From the sequence record SRR31156797_5759: a stretch of DNA of 33,308 nucleotides; one strand, written 5' to 3'. The position numbers and the translations under genes were made by a program. Shown one piece after another: positions 1 to 9,339 of the stretch; the stretch's first letter is position 1, and each line of letters begins with the position of its first letter. The notes below the pieces were generated by a model. The model was not told the DNA's origin. It ran no database searches and saw nothing but the letters and a program-made list of their open reading frames with translations.

Positions 1-1
1 A

Positions 2-1531
2 ATGGTGTTTACCAATGTGTTTAATCCCAGGGCTCATATCAGGCGAATGGATGAGGCAAAGCCGACCTTGGTTAAAAAAGGGGCTAGTTTGGGGGCAAAT
101 TGTACTATTGTTTGTGGTGTAACAATTGGAGAATATGCATTTGTTGGTGCTGGCGCAGTTGTTACCAAGGATGTTGCCGATCATGCCTTGGTTATAGGGA
201 ATCCTGCCCGGCACACCGGCTGGGTTTGTGAGTGCGGAGAAAAATTAAATCCTGAATTTACCTGTCCTAAGTGTAAGAAAAAAATAACATCGGATAAAAA
301 TTCTTTTCAAGAACAAATTAATGTTAAATTTGAGGCATCTAAAACAGAAATGACTTCTAATCAGCAATCTTTAAGGTTTATTGATCTGGCAGCTCAACAG
401 AAAGAGATTCGATCCCAAATTGAGAAGAGCCTCCATAGAGTTTTAGATCATGGGAAATATATACTGGGGCCAGAAGTTCAGCTATTTGAGGAAAAACTTG
501 CTGATTTCGTTGGAGTAAAACATTGTATTGGTGTTTCCAATGGTACGGATGCATTGTTAATGTGTCTAATGGCCCAGGGAATCGGTCCAGGTGATGCTGT
601 TTTTACAACACCCTTTACATTTGTTGCTACTGCTGAAGTTATTTCACTGCTTGGTGCGTCCCCTGTTTTTGTTGATATTGATCCGCATACTTTCAATCTT
701 GATCCCGTTCAGCTTCGACTGGCTATCGAAGCCGTTAAAAAAAATGATGCAACTATTTATCCTATCCCAAAAGATAACTCAGGGGCTCCCCTCAAACTCA
801 CGCCAAAAGGTATTATTCCTGTGGATTTGTTTGGATTACCTGCTGAGTATGACGATATCATGTCTATTGCAAAAGCTGAAAATCTGTTTGTTCTTGAAGA
901 TGCGGCTCAGGGATTAGGAAGCGATTACAAGGGCCGTAGGGCCGGCAGTCTTGGCCATATGGCAACGACGAGTTTTTTTCCTGCTAAGCCTTTGGGTTGC
1001 TATGGAGATGGTGGCGCTATTTTTACAAATGAAGATACACTTGCTGATATTGTTCGTTCCATCCGTATCCATGGCAAAGGAACGGATAAGTATGATAATG
1101 TGCGGATTGGTTTGAATGGCAGGCTTCATACCATTCAGGCGGCTGTTTTATTGTCCAAATTAGAAATTTTTCCAATTGAAATTGAGGAAAGACAACGTGT
1201 GGCCAATCAATACACTGACAAATTAAAAACTTCGAATCTTATCACACCAACTGTCCCTGAAGGGCTAAAGTCTGTGTGGGCACAATACTCTTTGATAAGT
1301 GATGATCGTGATGCCATTCTTTCATATTTAACGGAACAAAATATTCCAACCGCAGTTTATTATAAGAAACCGCTTCATTTACAGCCAGCTTATACCAGCC
1401 TGAATTATTCCTTGGGGGATATGCCGCATTCCGAAAATATTTCGCAAAAAATTTTTAGTTTACCAATGCATCCTTATTTAACGACATCAAATATTGAAAT
1501 GATAGTAAAAGCGATACTTGAGGGCCTTTAG
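2..1531 (+). CDS. 5'-truncated fusion: C-terminal part of a WbpD-like hexapeptide (LbH) N-acetyltransferase plus a WbpE-like DegT/DnrJ/EryC1/StrS PLP aminotransferase
   Basis: N-part VFTNVFNPR...[32 protein letters not shown]...GNPAR..GWVCECG..CPKC is WbpD-like. From FIDL onward there are DegT motifs: [35 protein letters not shown] (PLP lysine), LSLPMHP-like end. No stop between the two parts; the true start is upstream of the window. Confidence 0.88.
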   Translation: MVFTNVFNPRAHIRRMDEAKPTLVKKGASLGANCTIVCGVTIGEYAFVGAGAVVTKDVADHALVIGNPARHTGWVCECGEKLNPEFTCPKCKKKITSDKNSFQEQINVKFEASKTEMTSNQQSLRFIDLAAQQKEIRSQIEKSLHRVLDHGKYILGPEVQLFEEKLADFVGVKHCIGVSNGTDALLMCLMAQGIGPGDAVFTTPFTFVATAEVISLLGASPVFVDIDPHTFNLDPVQLRLAIEAVKKNDATIYPIPKDNSGAPLKLTPKGIIPVDLFGLPAEYDDIMSIAKAENLFVLEDAAQGLGSDYKGRRAGSLGHMATTSFFPAKPLGCYGDGGAIFTNEDTLADIVRSIRIHGKGTDKYDNVRIGLNGRLHTIQAAVLLSKLEIFPIEIEERQRVANQYTDKLKTSNLITPTVPEGLKSVWAQYSLISDDRDAILSYLTEQNIPTAVYYKKPLHLQPAYTSLNYSLGDMPHSENISQKIFSLPMHPYLTTSNIEMIVKAILEGL

Positions 1532-1575
1532 GCATACTTGTCTGATAATATTCAAAATATGGGAACATCAATCTT

Positions 1576-1980
1576 TTGTCTGAGTTGAAAAAACATATTA
1601 AAACAGAAATTGGGTCTGAACGGTGGTTTGGAATCGTTTTTGCCGCTATTTTTTTAGGCGGTGGTGTGTATCCTCTTTTCAAAGGGGAGGATATGCATTT
1701 ATGGTTTTTGGCTGGTGCTGTTGTTCTTTTATTGATTAGTGGTTTCGCTCCAACAATATTGTCTGGACCCAATAGGCTGTGGTTTAAGTTTGGCATGTTA
1801 CTTGGTGCCATTGTTTCTCCCGTTGTCATGACATTGATTTATTTTATGGTTGTTGTGCCTACTGGAGTTGTTGTCAGGATAATAGGAAAAGACCCCTTGC
1901 GCTTGAAAATAGATAAATATACTGAATCATATTGGGTTAGTCGTCCTCAGGAAGATTCTTCAATGAAAGATCAGTTTTAA
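1576..1980 (+). CDS. SxtJ-family small membrane protein
   Basis: 134 aa with 2-3 hydrophobic segments; motifs ERWFG, W.KFG.LLG.IVSP, YF...VPTG, KDPL, SYW and terminal QF. Sits next to a carbamoyltransferase. TTG start is uncertain. Confidence 0.8.
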   Translation: MSELKKHIKTEIGSERWFGIVFAAIFLGGGVYPLFKGEDMHLWFLAGAVVLLLISGFAPTILSGPNRLWFKFGMLLGAIVSPVVMTLIYFMVVVPTGVVVRIIGKDPLRLKIDKYTESYWVSRPQEDSSMKDQF

Positions 1981-1990
1981 GGACTATTCG

Positions 1991-2140
1991 ATGTCATTTT
2001 TAAAAGAGTTTTACCGTTTTTTAATGGTGAGAAAAAAATTTTGGATGGTACCTATTTTGTTAATGCTGGTACTTTTTGGAGGTCTAATTGTGCTGACCCA
2101 AGGTTCAGCAGTCGCCCCGTTTATTTATACTTTATTTTAA
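1991..2140 (+). CDS. 49-aa single-TM peptide, SxtK/DUF5989-like (absent from the ORF track)
   Basis: Manual translation MSFLKEFYRFLMVRKKFWMVPILLMLVLFGGLIVLTQGSAVAPFIYTLF*. AAGGA RBS at 1979-1983; fills the gap between the SxtJ-like gene and the carbamoyltransferase; RKK.W..P and SA.APFIYTLF are typical of the family. Confidence 0.88.
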   Translation: MSFLKEFYRFLMVRKKFWMVPILLMLVLFGGLIVLTQGSAVAPFIYTLF

Positions 2141-2159
2141 AGAGGATGATTTCGATTAA

Positions 2160-3995
2160 ATGACTGCAATTTTGGGAATATCGGCTTTTTACCATGACAG
2201 CGCAGCAGCCCTTATAATCAATGGGGAAATTATTGCTGCTGTACAAGAAGAGCGGTTTTCTCGAAAAAAACACGATGCCCGATTCCCATGTGATGCGATA
2301 AAATACGTCCTTTCCGAAGGCTGCTTAACATTGGGGCAAATCGATTTTGTTGTTTTTTATGATAAACCCTTTTTAAAATTTGAAAGATTGCTTGAAACAT
2401 ACGTGGCAACTGTTCCAAAAGGATTGAGATCCTTTTGTATGGCTATGCCGATCTGGCTTCGGGAAAAACTTTTTTTGAAGCATCAGCTTGTTAAAGAATT
2501 AGAACTCATTGATAAAAAATTTGATGTCAACTGCTTGAGATTCAGTGAACATCATTTTAGTCATGCCGCCAGTGCTTTCTATCCATCTCCATTCGAAGAC
2601 GCTCTTATTTTAACCCTTGACGGTGTCGGTGAATGGGCAACAACAACGGTTTCCATTGGAAAGGGATCTAAACTCAAGATTGTCAGGGAAATTAGATTCC
2701 CGCATTCACTAGGATTGCTTTATTCTGCATTCACTTATTACACAGGATTTCGGGTAAATAGCGGGGAATACAAACTTATGGGATTAGCGCCTTATGGGAA
2801 ACCAAAGTACGCAACCCTTATTTTAGATAAGCTTGTTGACCTAAAAGAGGACGGGTCTTTTTGGTTAGACCAATCGTATTTTAATTATGCCACTGGGCTT
2901 ACAATGACCAATAAAAAATTTTCCCGATTATTTGGTCAGTCTGTACGAAGGCCTGATTCAGATAGTTTAGAACAATTTCACATGGATATTGCTGCTTCTG
3001 TTCAGGCCGTGACAGAGAAGATAGTGCTAAAGATGGTTCGCTCCCTTTCTAAGGAGTTCGAGATCCCCAATCTTTGCATGGCGGGTGGTGTGGCGCTAAA
3101 CTGTGTTGCAAATGGAAAAATTTTAAACAAACAATATTTTCAGGACATCTGGATCCAACCGGCAGCGGGTGATGCCGGAGGGGCTATTGGCGCTGCTTTG
3201 GCGTTGTGGTTTGATGAATTGGAAAATACCCGCATTATTAAAAAACATGATTCAATGCGGGGGGCTTATCTTGGCCCTTCCTATGATAGAGAGTTTATTG
3301 AAAAAAGCTTTAGTTCAGCAGGGGCAAAATTTAAAATCCTTACCGATGAAGAGGTGCTGGAGCAAACAGCACAAGCCCTCAACCAAGGAAAAGCAATTGG
3401 CTGGTTTCAGGGGCGAATGGAATTTGGGCCCCGTGCACTTGGAGGGCGTTCCATTATAGGTGATCCTCGCTCAGAAACCATGCAGAAAATTCTTAATCTT
3501 AAGGTTAAGTATCGTGAAAGTTTTCGTCCCTTTGCCCCGTCTGTTCTGAGAGAAGATCTCTCAGATTGGTTTGAGCTTGATTATGATAGTCCGTATATGC
3601 TGTTGGTCGCAGGTGTTAAAGATAGCAAATGTTATCAGATGACTGCAGAGGAAAAGGCATTGTTTGGTGTTGATAAACTAAATATCAAAAGATCAGAGAT
3701 ACCGGCAGTGACACATGTGGATTATTCGGCACGTGTTCAGACCGTGCACAAGGAAACCAATCAAAAATATCATGCACTCATTAGTAGATTCAAAGAAAAG
3801 ACGGGCTGTCCGGTTATTGTGAATACCTCATTCAACGTACGCGGAGAGCCGATAGTCTGCACCCCTGAGGATGCATTCCGATGTTTCATGGGGACAGATA
3901 TTGATATGCTGGTGGTCGAAAATTTTGTTTTACAAAAAAATGAGCAAGATCAATCCTTGTCCTGTAGTTATAAAAATAAGTATGAGTTGGACTAA
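2160..3995 (+). CDS. O-carbamoyltransferase, NodU/CmcH/TobZ (SxtI-like) family
   Basis: ILGISAFYHDSAAAL, QEERFSR.KHD, EHH.SHAASAFY, DGVGE, GEYKLMGLAPYG, AGGVALNCVANG, QPAAGDAG, GRMEFGPRALG.RS, K.RE.FRPFAP, HVDYSARVQTV, NTSFNVRGEPIV. Confidence 0.95.
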   Translation: MTAILGISAFYHDSAAALIINGEIIAAVQEERFSRKKHDARFPCDAIKYVLSEGCLTLGQIDFVVFYDKPFLKFERLLETYVATVPKGLRSFCMAMPIWLREKLFLKHQLVKELELIDKKFDVNCLRFSEHHFSHAASAFYPSPFEDALILTLDGVGEWATTTVSIGKGSKLKIVREIRFPHSLGLLYSAFTYYTGFRVNSGEYKLMGLAPYGKPKYATLILDKLVDLKEDGSFWLDQSYFNYATGLTMTNKKFSRLFGQSVRRPDSDSLEQFHMDIAASVQAVTEKIVLKMVRSLSKEFEIPNLCMAGGVALNCVANGKILNKQYFQDIWIQPAAGDAGGAIGAALALWFDELENTRIIKKHDSMRGAYLGPSYDREFIEKSFSSAGAKFKILTDEEVLEQTAQALNQGKAIGWFQGRMEFGPRALGGRSIIGDPRSETMQKILNLKVKYRESFRPFAPSVLREDLSDWFELDYDSPYMLLVAGVKDSKCYQMTAEEKALFGVDKLNIKRSEIPAVTHVDYSARVQTVHKETNQKYHALISRFKEKTGCPVIVNTSFNVRGEPIVCTPEDAFRCFMGTDIDMLVVENFVLQKNEQDQSLSCSYKNKYELD

Positions 3996-4068
3996 GGCGC
4001 ATTTATCTGAGGAATAGAGGGCGATTTTTGGGATAGACTCTTGTTTATATGAGGAAACGTATAGCATA

Positions 4069-4968
4069 ATGAAAAAAAGATTTTGCTTAATGTGTGGCCA
4101 AGCTGTTTTAAACACGGGTAATTATTGCGGAGACGCTCAGGAAATATCTGTAGGAAAATGTGCCGGATGCGGCCTTGTTCAACTTATGGATTTTTCCCAT
4201 GTGTCATTGGATTATTATGCCAGCGATGATTATTTTCCCGTTGATACAGAGCTTGTTTGGGAGAGGGAGTCACATTGGAATACCAAAAGGATTTCTATTC
4301 TTGAACAGGCACTACCTAATCCGGAAAGTCGTCGTATACTTGATTTTGGTTGTGGTATTGGTGGGTTTCTTAAAAGGGCACAAAAAAAGTTTAAATTCGT
4401 ATGCGGTTATGATTTATCCGCTAAAGTTGTAAAACAACATATTGAGGACGGTTTCCCTTGTTTCTATAACCTTAGTGCAGTTCCAAAAAATATTGATACC
4501 ATCGTACTTTTTCATGTTCTTGAACATGTTGAGCGGCCTTGGGGGCTACTTAAAGAACTCAAAATTGGTTTTCCGAGTGTTGATCGTTTTATTATTGAGA
4601 CTCCATGCAATGAAGAATCTCTTATAAGTTTATTTGAAAATGAGGAATATTCAAGAAATCATTACAGCGTTGGACATCTATATTATTTTTCGAATGAAAC
4701 CCTTTCAAAAGTGGCCCAAAAAGCTGGCTTGAATGTGATTTTCAACTCTCAACTACAGCGTTATACGCTTGGAAATACATTGGGGTGGTTGCAAAATGGG
4801 CAAGGTGGTGGTCAAAATAAATGGTCAATTTTCAATTCAATAGAATTTCATTCTGTTTACGAGAAAATACTAGTGGAAGAAGGTGTTGCAGATTCCGTTT
4901 TTTTGATTTGCACACCAGAAAATAGTGCAAAATCAATTTGTTCTACGAAATCTGATAGTTTGCTTTAA
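4069..4968 (+). CDS. Class I SAM-dependent methyltransferase with an N-terminal Cys4 (zinc-ribbon-like) motif
   Basis: CLMC...CAGC, motif I ILDFGCGIGGFL, FHVLEHV..P, H.YYFS..TL. Confidence 0.85.
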   Translation: MKKRFCLMCGQAVLNTGNYCGDAQEISVGKCAGCGLVQLMDFSHVSLDYYASDDYFPVDTELVWERESHWNTKRISILEQALPNPESRRILDFGCGIGGFLKRAQKKFKFVCGYDLSAKVVKQHIEDGFPCFYNLSAVPKNIDTIVLFHVLEHVERPWGLLKELKIGFPSVDRFIIETPCNEESLISLFENEEYSRNHYSVGHLYYFSNETLSKVAQKAGLNVIFNSQLQRYTLGNTLGWLQNGQGGGQNKWSIFNSIEFHSVYEKILVEEGVADSVFLICTPENSAKSICSTKSDSLL

Positions 4969-5040
4969 TAGGGTTAAAAAGGTTTTCTACATTATGGATC
5001 TGGTGATTCAAGGAAATTTACTTGGCAAAGAGAGTCAAAT

Positions 5041-6054
5041 ATGAAAAATAGTTCATTTAAATTCAGGACGTTTTTAATAGCAGAGATGGCGTGTTCACAT
5101 GAAGGTGAAATGCAATTAGCAAAGGAAATTATTGATGCCGCTGCAGAAGCCAAGGCCGACGCCATTCAGTTTCAAATATGGTCTGTCGAGCATATGATGG
5201 CTCCCCAAAGGAAAGAGTTCAGCCTTCTGAAAAAAATAGAGTTTTCTAAAAAAGAGTGGATACATCTAAGAGACTATACTCGGTTGAATTTCCCCGAGAT
5301 GAAACTTTATGTTTGCGTATATGAACATAATAGCATTGATTTTATAGATAGCCTTGGTGTGGATGGTTATAAACTAAATTCATCTGATCTTTCCAATCCG
5401 CTTGTATTAAGTAAAATTGCAAAAACAGGAAAACCAATAAATTTAAGCGTTGGAGCTTCAACTCTTGGTGAAATACAAGCTGCGGTTGAGCAAATTCAAA
5501 AGATTTCTAACTCTAAGATAACATTAATGTATGGGCATCAAAGTTTCCCAACAGAACCACGCAATGTCAATTTAAGTTATCTCCCTAAAATAAAAAATCT
5601 TTTTGACTTGCCTGTGGGATATCAAGATCATTGTGCTGGAGATAAGGACTCGGCTTTCTGGCTTCCCGCTGTCAGTATGGGAATGGGAGTTGAGGTACTT
5701 GAGAAGCATATTACCCACGATAGGAGTCAAAAAGGCATTGATCACGAATCCGCACTTAACCCCGATGAATTTATCCAATTTGTTCAAATGGTTCGTCTTA
5801 TTGACATTGCCAAAGGTTGCTCAACACCCAAAGCTTTTTCTGAGGATGAAAAAAAATATAGGTGTTTTCAGAAAAAGAGTATCGTTACAGTTCAAGATCT
5901 TAAAAAGGGGCATATCCTTGAAGAAGGAAATCTTACATTCATGAGGGCTGAAAAATTAGGATTGTCTCCTGATCAAATTGGTGAAATTCTTGGTAAGAAA
6001 CTTAAATTAAATATTGGTGCATATGAAATTTTGAATCAAGGAGATTTGCAATGA
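5041..6054 (+). CDS. Divergent N-acetylneuraminate synthase (NeuB/SpsE) family protein with C-terminal SAF domain
   Basis: IAE...SHEG, ADAIQFQ, YKLNSSDL, GYQDH, EKHIT, GIDH..AL.P.EF, C-terminal KKSIV...DLKKG SAF-like region. Confidence 0.85.
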   Translation: MKNSSFKFRTFLIAEMACSHEGEMQLAKEIIDAAAEAKADAIQFQIWSVEHMMAPQRKEFSLLKKIEFSKKEWIHLRDYTRLNFPEMKLYVCVYEHNSIDFIDSLGVDGYKLNSSDLSNPLVLSKIAKTGKPINLSVGASTLGEIQAAVEQIQKISNSKITLMYGHQSFPTEPRNVNLSYLPKIKNLFDLPVGYQDHCAGDKDSAFWLPAVSMGMGVEVLEKHITHDRSQKGIDHESALNPDEFIQFVQMVRLIDIAKGCSTPKAFSEDEKKYRCFQKKSIVTVQDLKKGHILEEGNLTFMRAEKLGLSPDQIGEILGKKLKLNIGAYEILNQGDLQ

Positions 6055-6803
6055 AGTCTGCGATATTAATTACTGCAAGGTTAAAGTCGACCCGCCTTCC
6101 TTTAAAGGTTATCAAACCTATTCATGGGCGTCCAATGATTCGACACATGCTGGATAGATTGAAACTTGCAAAAATACCGGAAAAAATTATCATTTGTACA
6201 TCACCTGTTGCACAAGATGACCCGTTGGAAGAAATAGCAATTCAAGAAGGTGTTGAATGCTTTCGGGGAGATCCAGAAGATGTCCTTTTGCGGCTGAAAG
6301 ATGCAGCTGAAAAGTATGGTGTTGATACAATAATTAACTGTACTGCGGATAATCCCTTTGTCGATCCAGATTATATAGATAAGCTTTACGAGTTCCACGT
6401 AAACAAAAAGAATGATTTTACAAAGATAAACGGTCTTCCTTTTGGTGTTTTTTCATACGCGATTTCATTTGATGCAATGGTTAAAGCTTGTGAAATAAAA
6501 AATGAAAATGATACTGAAGTTTGGCACGGTTATTTTATGGATACAGGTTTTTTTAAATGGAGCGCTCTTGAGGCCTCGGATCCGTCTGTTGTGTGGCCTG
6601 ATCTTCGCCTTACTGTTGATACACCGGAAGATTTTGCAATGGTCACAAAGATTTTTGATGAATTGTACAACCCCGGATGTGTTTTCCCTTTAACTGAGAT
6701 AGTTAAACTGTGCCGCAATAAACCTGATATTCCAGCGATGAATAGTGAAATAATTCAGAAAAAAGGTCTGCCGATTAAAATTAAGGAAGTAAAAAATGAC
6801 TGA
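6051..6803 (+). CDS. Cytidylyltransferase, SpsF/CMP-Kdo/CMP-NeuAc synthetase-like
   Basis: ITARLKSTRLPLK, DDPL, FRGDPEDVL.R, TADNPFVDP, LRLTVDTPEDF. ATGA overlap with the upstream gene. Confidence 0.87.
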   Translation: MKSAILITARLKSTRLPLKVIKPIHGRPMIRHMLDRLKLAKIPEKIIICTSPVAQDDPLEEIAIQEGVECFRGDPEDVLLRLKDAAEKYGVDTIINCTADNPFVDPDYIDKLYEFHVNKKNDFTKINGLPFGVFSYAISFDAMVKACEIKNENDTEVWHGYFMDTGFFKWSALEASDPSVVWPDLRLTVDTPEDFAMVTKIFDELYNPGCVFPLTEIVKLCRNKPDIPAMNSEIIQKKGLPIKIKEVKND

Positions 6804-7851
6804 TCACATCTCTATTTTTGGTAATAAAATAGGCCCTGGTAGGCCTGTTTTTATTATTGCCGAAATTGGGGTGAACCATAACGGTAATATTGATTTGGCA
6901 AAGAGGATGATTAGAAAAGCTATCCAGTGCGGTGCGGACTGTGTTAAGTTTCAAACGTTTAAAGCGGACCAAGTTGTGACAGAAAATGCACCCAAAGCTT
7001 ACTACCAGCTTCAGACAACCTCTCCAGAGGAATCTCAACTAAAAATGCTCAAAACCTTGGAGATGTCTTTTGACGATTTCGCTGAAATAATAGATTATTG
7101 CCATAAGCATAAAGTTTTGTTTATGTCTACACCCTATAATCAAGAGGATGTCGATTTATTGGACAGATTGGGTGTTGAAGCATTCAAATTAGCGTCGATC
7201 CATGCAGCAGAACCCTCATTTGCAAAATATGTAGCTCAAAAGGGGAAACCTTTAATCATGTCAACTGGAATGGCAACCTTATCAGAAGTTGATGAAGCTG
7301 TTTGGGCTATGCGGGAGACCGGGAATAACGATATCGCGCTTTTACAATGCACCACTAACTATCCATCACTGCATGAAGATGCGAATCTACTCTCCATGAA
7401 GACGATGGGAGATGCCTTTGATGTGATTGTGGGCTATTCTGACCATACTGTTGATGACATTGCCTGTATTGCTTCAGTTGCTTTGGGTGCAAGTATTATT
7501 GAAAAGCATTTTACCTTGGACAAGTCATTACCTGGGCCCGATCAATCCACATCAGCCAATCCTGAAGAGTTCAGTAGAATGGTCCGAAATGTACGTAAAG
7601 CAGAATTGGTACTCGGTTCAAAAATAAAAGGCCCTTGTAAAATCGAAAAAGAGAATGCTTTAGGGATGCGCCGTAGCATTGTTGCTGGAGTTGATATACC
7701 GAGGGGTAAGATTTTAGAGTCAAATATGTTGGCTTTTAAAAGACCGGCCTCAGGGATTCCGGCTAAATTTATTGATACAATATCAGGAAAAAAAGCTCAA
7801 AGAGACATTGAGGCTGGGATGATACTTAACTGGGCCGATATTGGGGATTAA
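6796..7851 (+). CDS. neuB: N-acetylneuraminate/nonulosonate synthase (NeuB family) with SAF domain
   Basis: FIIAEIGVNHNG, GADCVKFQTF, STPY, LQCTTNYP, GYSDHT, IEKHFTLD..LPGPD, RRSIV, KRPASGI. Confidence 0.93.
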   Translation: MTDHISIFGNKIGPGRPVFIIAEIGVNHNGNIDLAKRMIRKAIQCGADCVKFQTFKADQVVTENAPKAYYQLQTTSPEESQLKMLKTLEMSFDDFAEIIDYCHKHKVLFMSTPYNQEDVDLLDRLGVEAFKLASIHAAEPSFAKYVAQKGKPLIMSTGMATLSEVDEAVWAMRETGNNDIALLQCTTNYPSLHEDANLLSMKTMGDAFDVIVGYSDHTVDDIACIASVALGASIIEKHFTLDKSLPGPDQSTSANPEEFSRMVRNVRKAELVLGSKIKGPCKIEKENALGMRRSIVAGVDIPRGKILESNMLAFKRPASGIPAKFIDTISGKKAQRDIEAGMILNWADIGD

Positions 7852-8483
7852 TGGCACGTTATAAATCTTTGATCATTATTGGTGCTGGTGGCCATGCCCG
7901 GGTAATTGCCGATACCGTTCTTGCAATGGGAATATTTTTAAAAGGAATTATAGATATTGAATACCATGGGCAAAAAGAAAGGATCATGGGATATCCAGTG
8001 CTTGGAGGATTAGACTACCTTGGACAGTTTGGATCAAATGAACTGGCTTTAGCAATTGCCCTTGGAGATAATGAAAAACGGAACCATTATTATACCTCAT
8101 TCAAGGAAAAGGGCTTTTCTTTTCCACCCATTATCCATCCTACGGCAACAATATCAAAATTTTCAACCATAGGTGAAGGAACCTTTATTAATGCGGGTGT
8201 GATTATCAATTCTGGTGTGGAATTACATCCAAATTGTATAGTTAATACTGGTTCCATTCTTGATCATGAAGTATCTGTAGGTATGAATTGTCATATTGCT
8301 CCTGGGGTAAAGATTGGAGGAAGAGTTGTGATAGGGAAAAATTCTTTTATTGGTATGGGAGCAAGTATCATAGACAGTATAAAAATAGGTCAGTCTGTTG
8401 TCATTGGCGCTGGTAGTGTTATCATAGACAACATTGAATCGGGCTCGACCTATGCAGGTGTTCCCGGAAAAAGAATCAAATGA
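7851..8483 (+). CDS. NeuD/PglD-family sugar O/N-acetyltransferase
   Basis: IIGAGGHA, ALGDN..R, IIHPTA, hexapeptide repeats, NTGSILDHE, GAGSVI, GVPGK. Confidence 0.9.
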   Translation: MARYKSLIIIGAGGHARVIADTVLAMGIFLKGIIDIEYHGQKERIMGYPVLGGLDYLGQFGSNELALAIALGDNEKRNHYYTSFKEKGFSFPPIIHPTATISKFSTIGEGTFINAGVIINSGVELHPNCIVNTGSILDHEVSVGMNCHIAPGVKIGGRVVIGKNSFIGMGASIIDSIKIGQSVVIGAGSVIIDNIESGSTYAGVPGKRIK

Positions 8484-9334
8484 TTTATATTTCGTCATCA
8501 TGTATAAAAACGGATCTGATAAAAGATGCGGTTATGGTTCTTGCCCGAGAAGGCTTTAGAAATATTGAGCTGTCTGGGGGAACAAAATATTATTCTAATT
8601 GGGCAGACGATCTTAAAGAATTAAAAAGAGAGTTTGATTTAAATTATTTGGTTCATAATTATTTCCCTCCTCCTAAAAAAGACTTTGTTCTAAATTTGGC
8701 GTCAATGGATGAAAATATTTATACTAAAACCCTGGCCCATCTTGAGGCCGGTTTAAAATTCACACAAGTTTTAGGGGCGAGACAGTTCAGTTTGCATGCC
8801 GGGTTCTATGTCGACCGGCCTGTCTGCGAAATAGGGCGGGTATTTTCTCACTCAAGTTTATATGACAGGGAAAAAACCTTTGATCTTTTTTGCAAAAGAT
8901 TTGATTTTCTTAGCAACAAATATAATGACATTGAAATTTACATAGAGAATAATTGTTATTCTAGTTCCAATTTTTCAGTATATGGTCGTAAAATCCCTTT
9001 TATGCTTTTAGATTCCGAAGACTATTATGAGTTGAAAGCGAAAACTAATTGTAATCTTCTACTTGATCTTGGTCACCTGATTGTTAGTGCAAAGACATTA
9101 GGATTAGACTTTGAAAAAGAGTTTGAACTTTTATTTGAGGAATCAAATTACATTCATCTCAGTGATAATGACGGATTCCATGATATGAACCTTGGTTTTT
9201 CAGAATCATCTGATTTGGCTAAGTTTTTAAAAAAATTTAATTGGTGTAATAAAGTTACCACTTTGGAAGTTTATGAGGGAATTGACAAGCTGAAAGAAAC
9301 CTATAATGCAGTATTGAGCATAAAAGAAAAATAG
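8480..9334 (+). CDS. Xylose-isomerase-like/AP-endonuclease-2 TIM-barrel protein (putative sugar isomerase/epimerase)
   Basis: Metal-ligand pattern IELSGG, VHNYFP, LHAG, YIENN, LLDLGHL, IHLSDNDG..D, TLEV. Confidence 0.72.
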   Translation: MIYISSSCIKTDLIKDAVMVLAREGFRNIELSGGTKYYSNWADDLKELKREFDLNYLVHNYFPPPKKDFVLNLASMDENIYTKTLAHLEAGLKFTQVLGARQFSLHAGFYVDRPVCEIGRVFSHSSLYDREKTFDLFCKRFDFLSNKYNDIEIYIENNCYSSSNFSVYGRKIPFMLLDSEDYYELKAKTNCNLLLDLGHLIVSAKTLGLDFEKEFELLFEESNYIHLSDNDGFHDMNLGFSESSDLAKFLKKFNWCNKVTTLEVYEGIDKLKETYNAVLSIKEK

Positions 9335-9339
9335 ATATT

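Noticed and set aside
1576-3995. Saxitoxin biosynthesis cluster
   Set aside because: Only sxtI/J/K-like genes are present; no sxtA, sxtG, sxtB or other core genes, and the context is entirely glycan biosynthesis.
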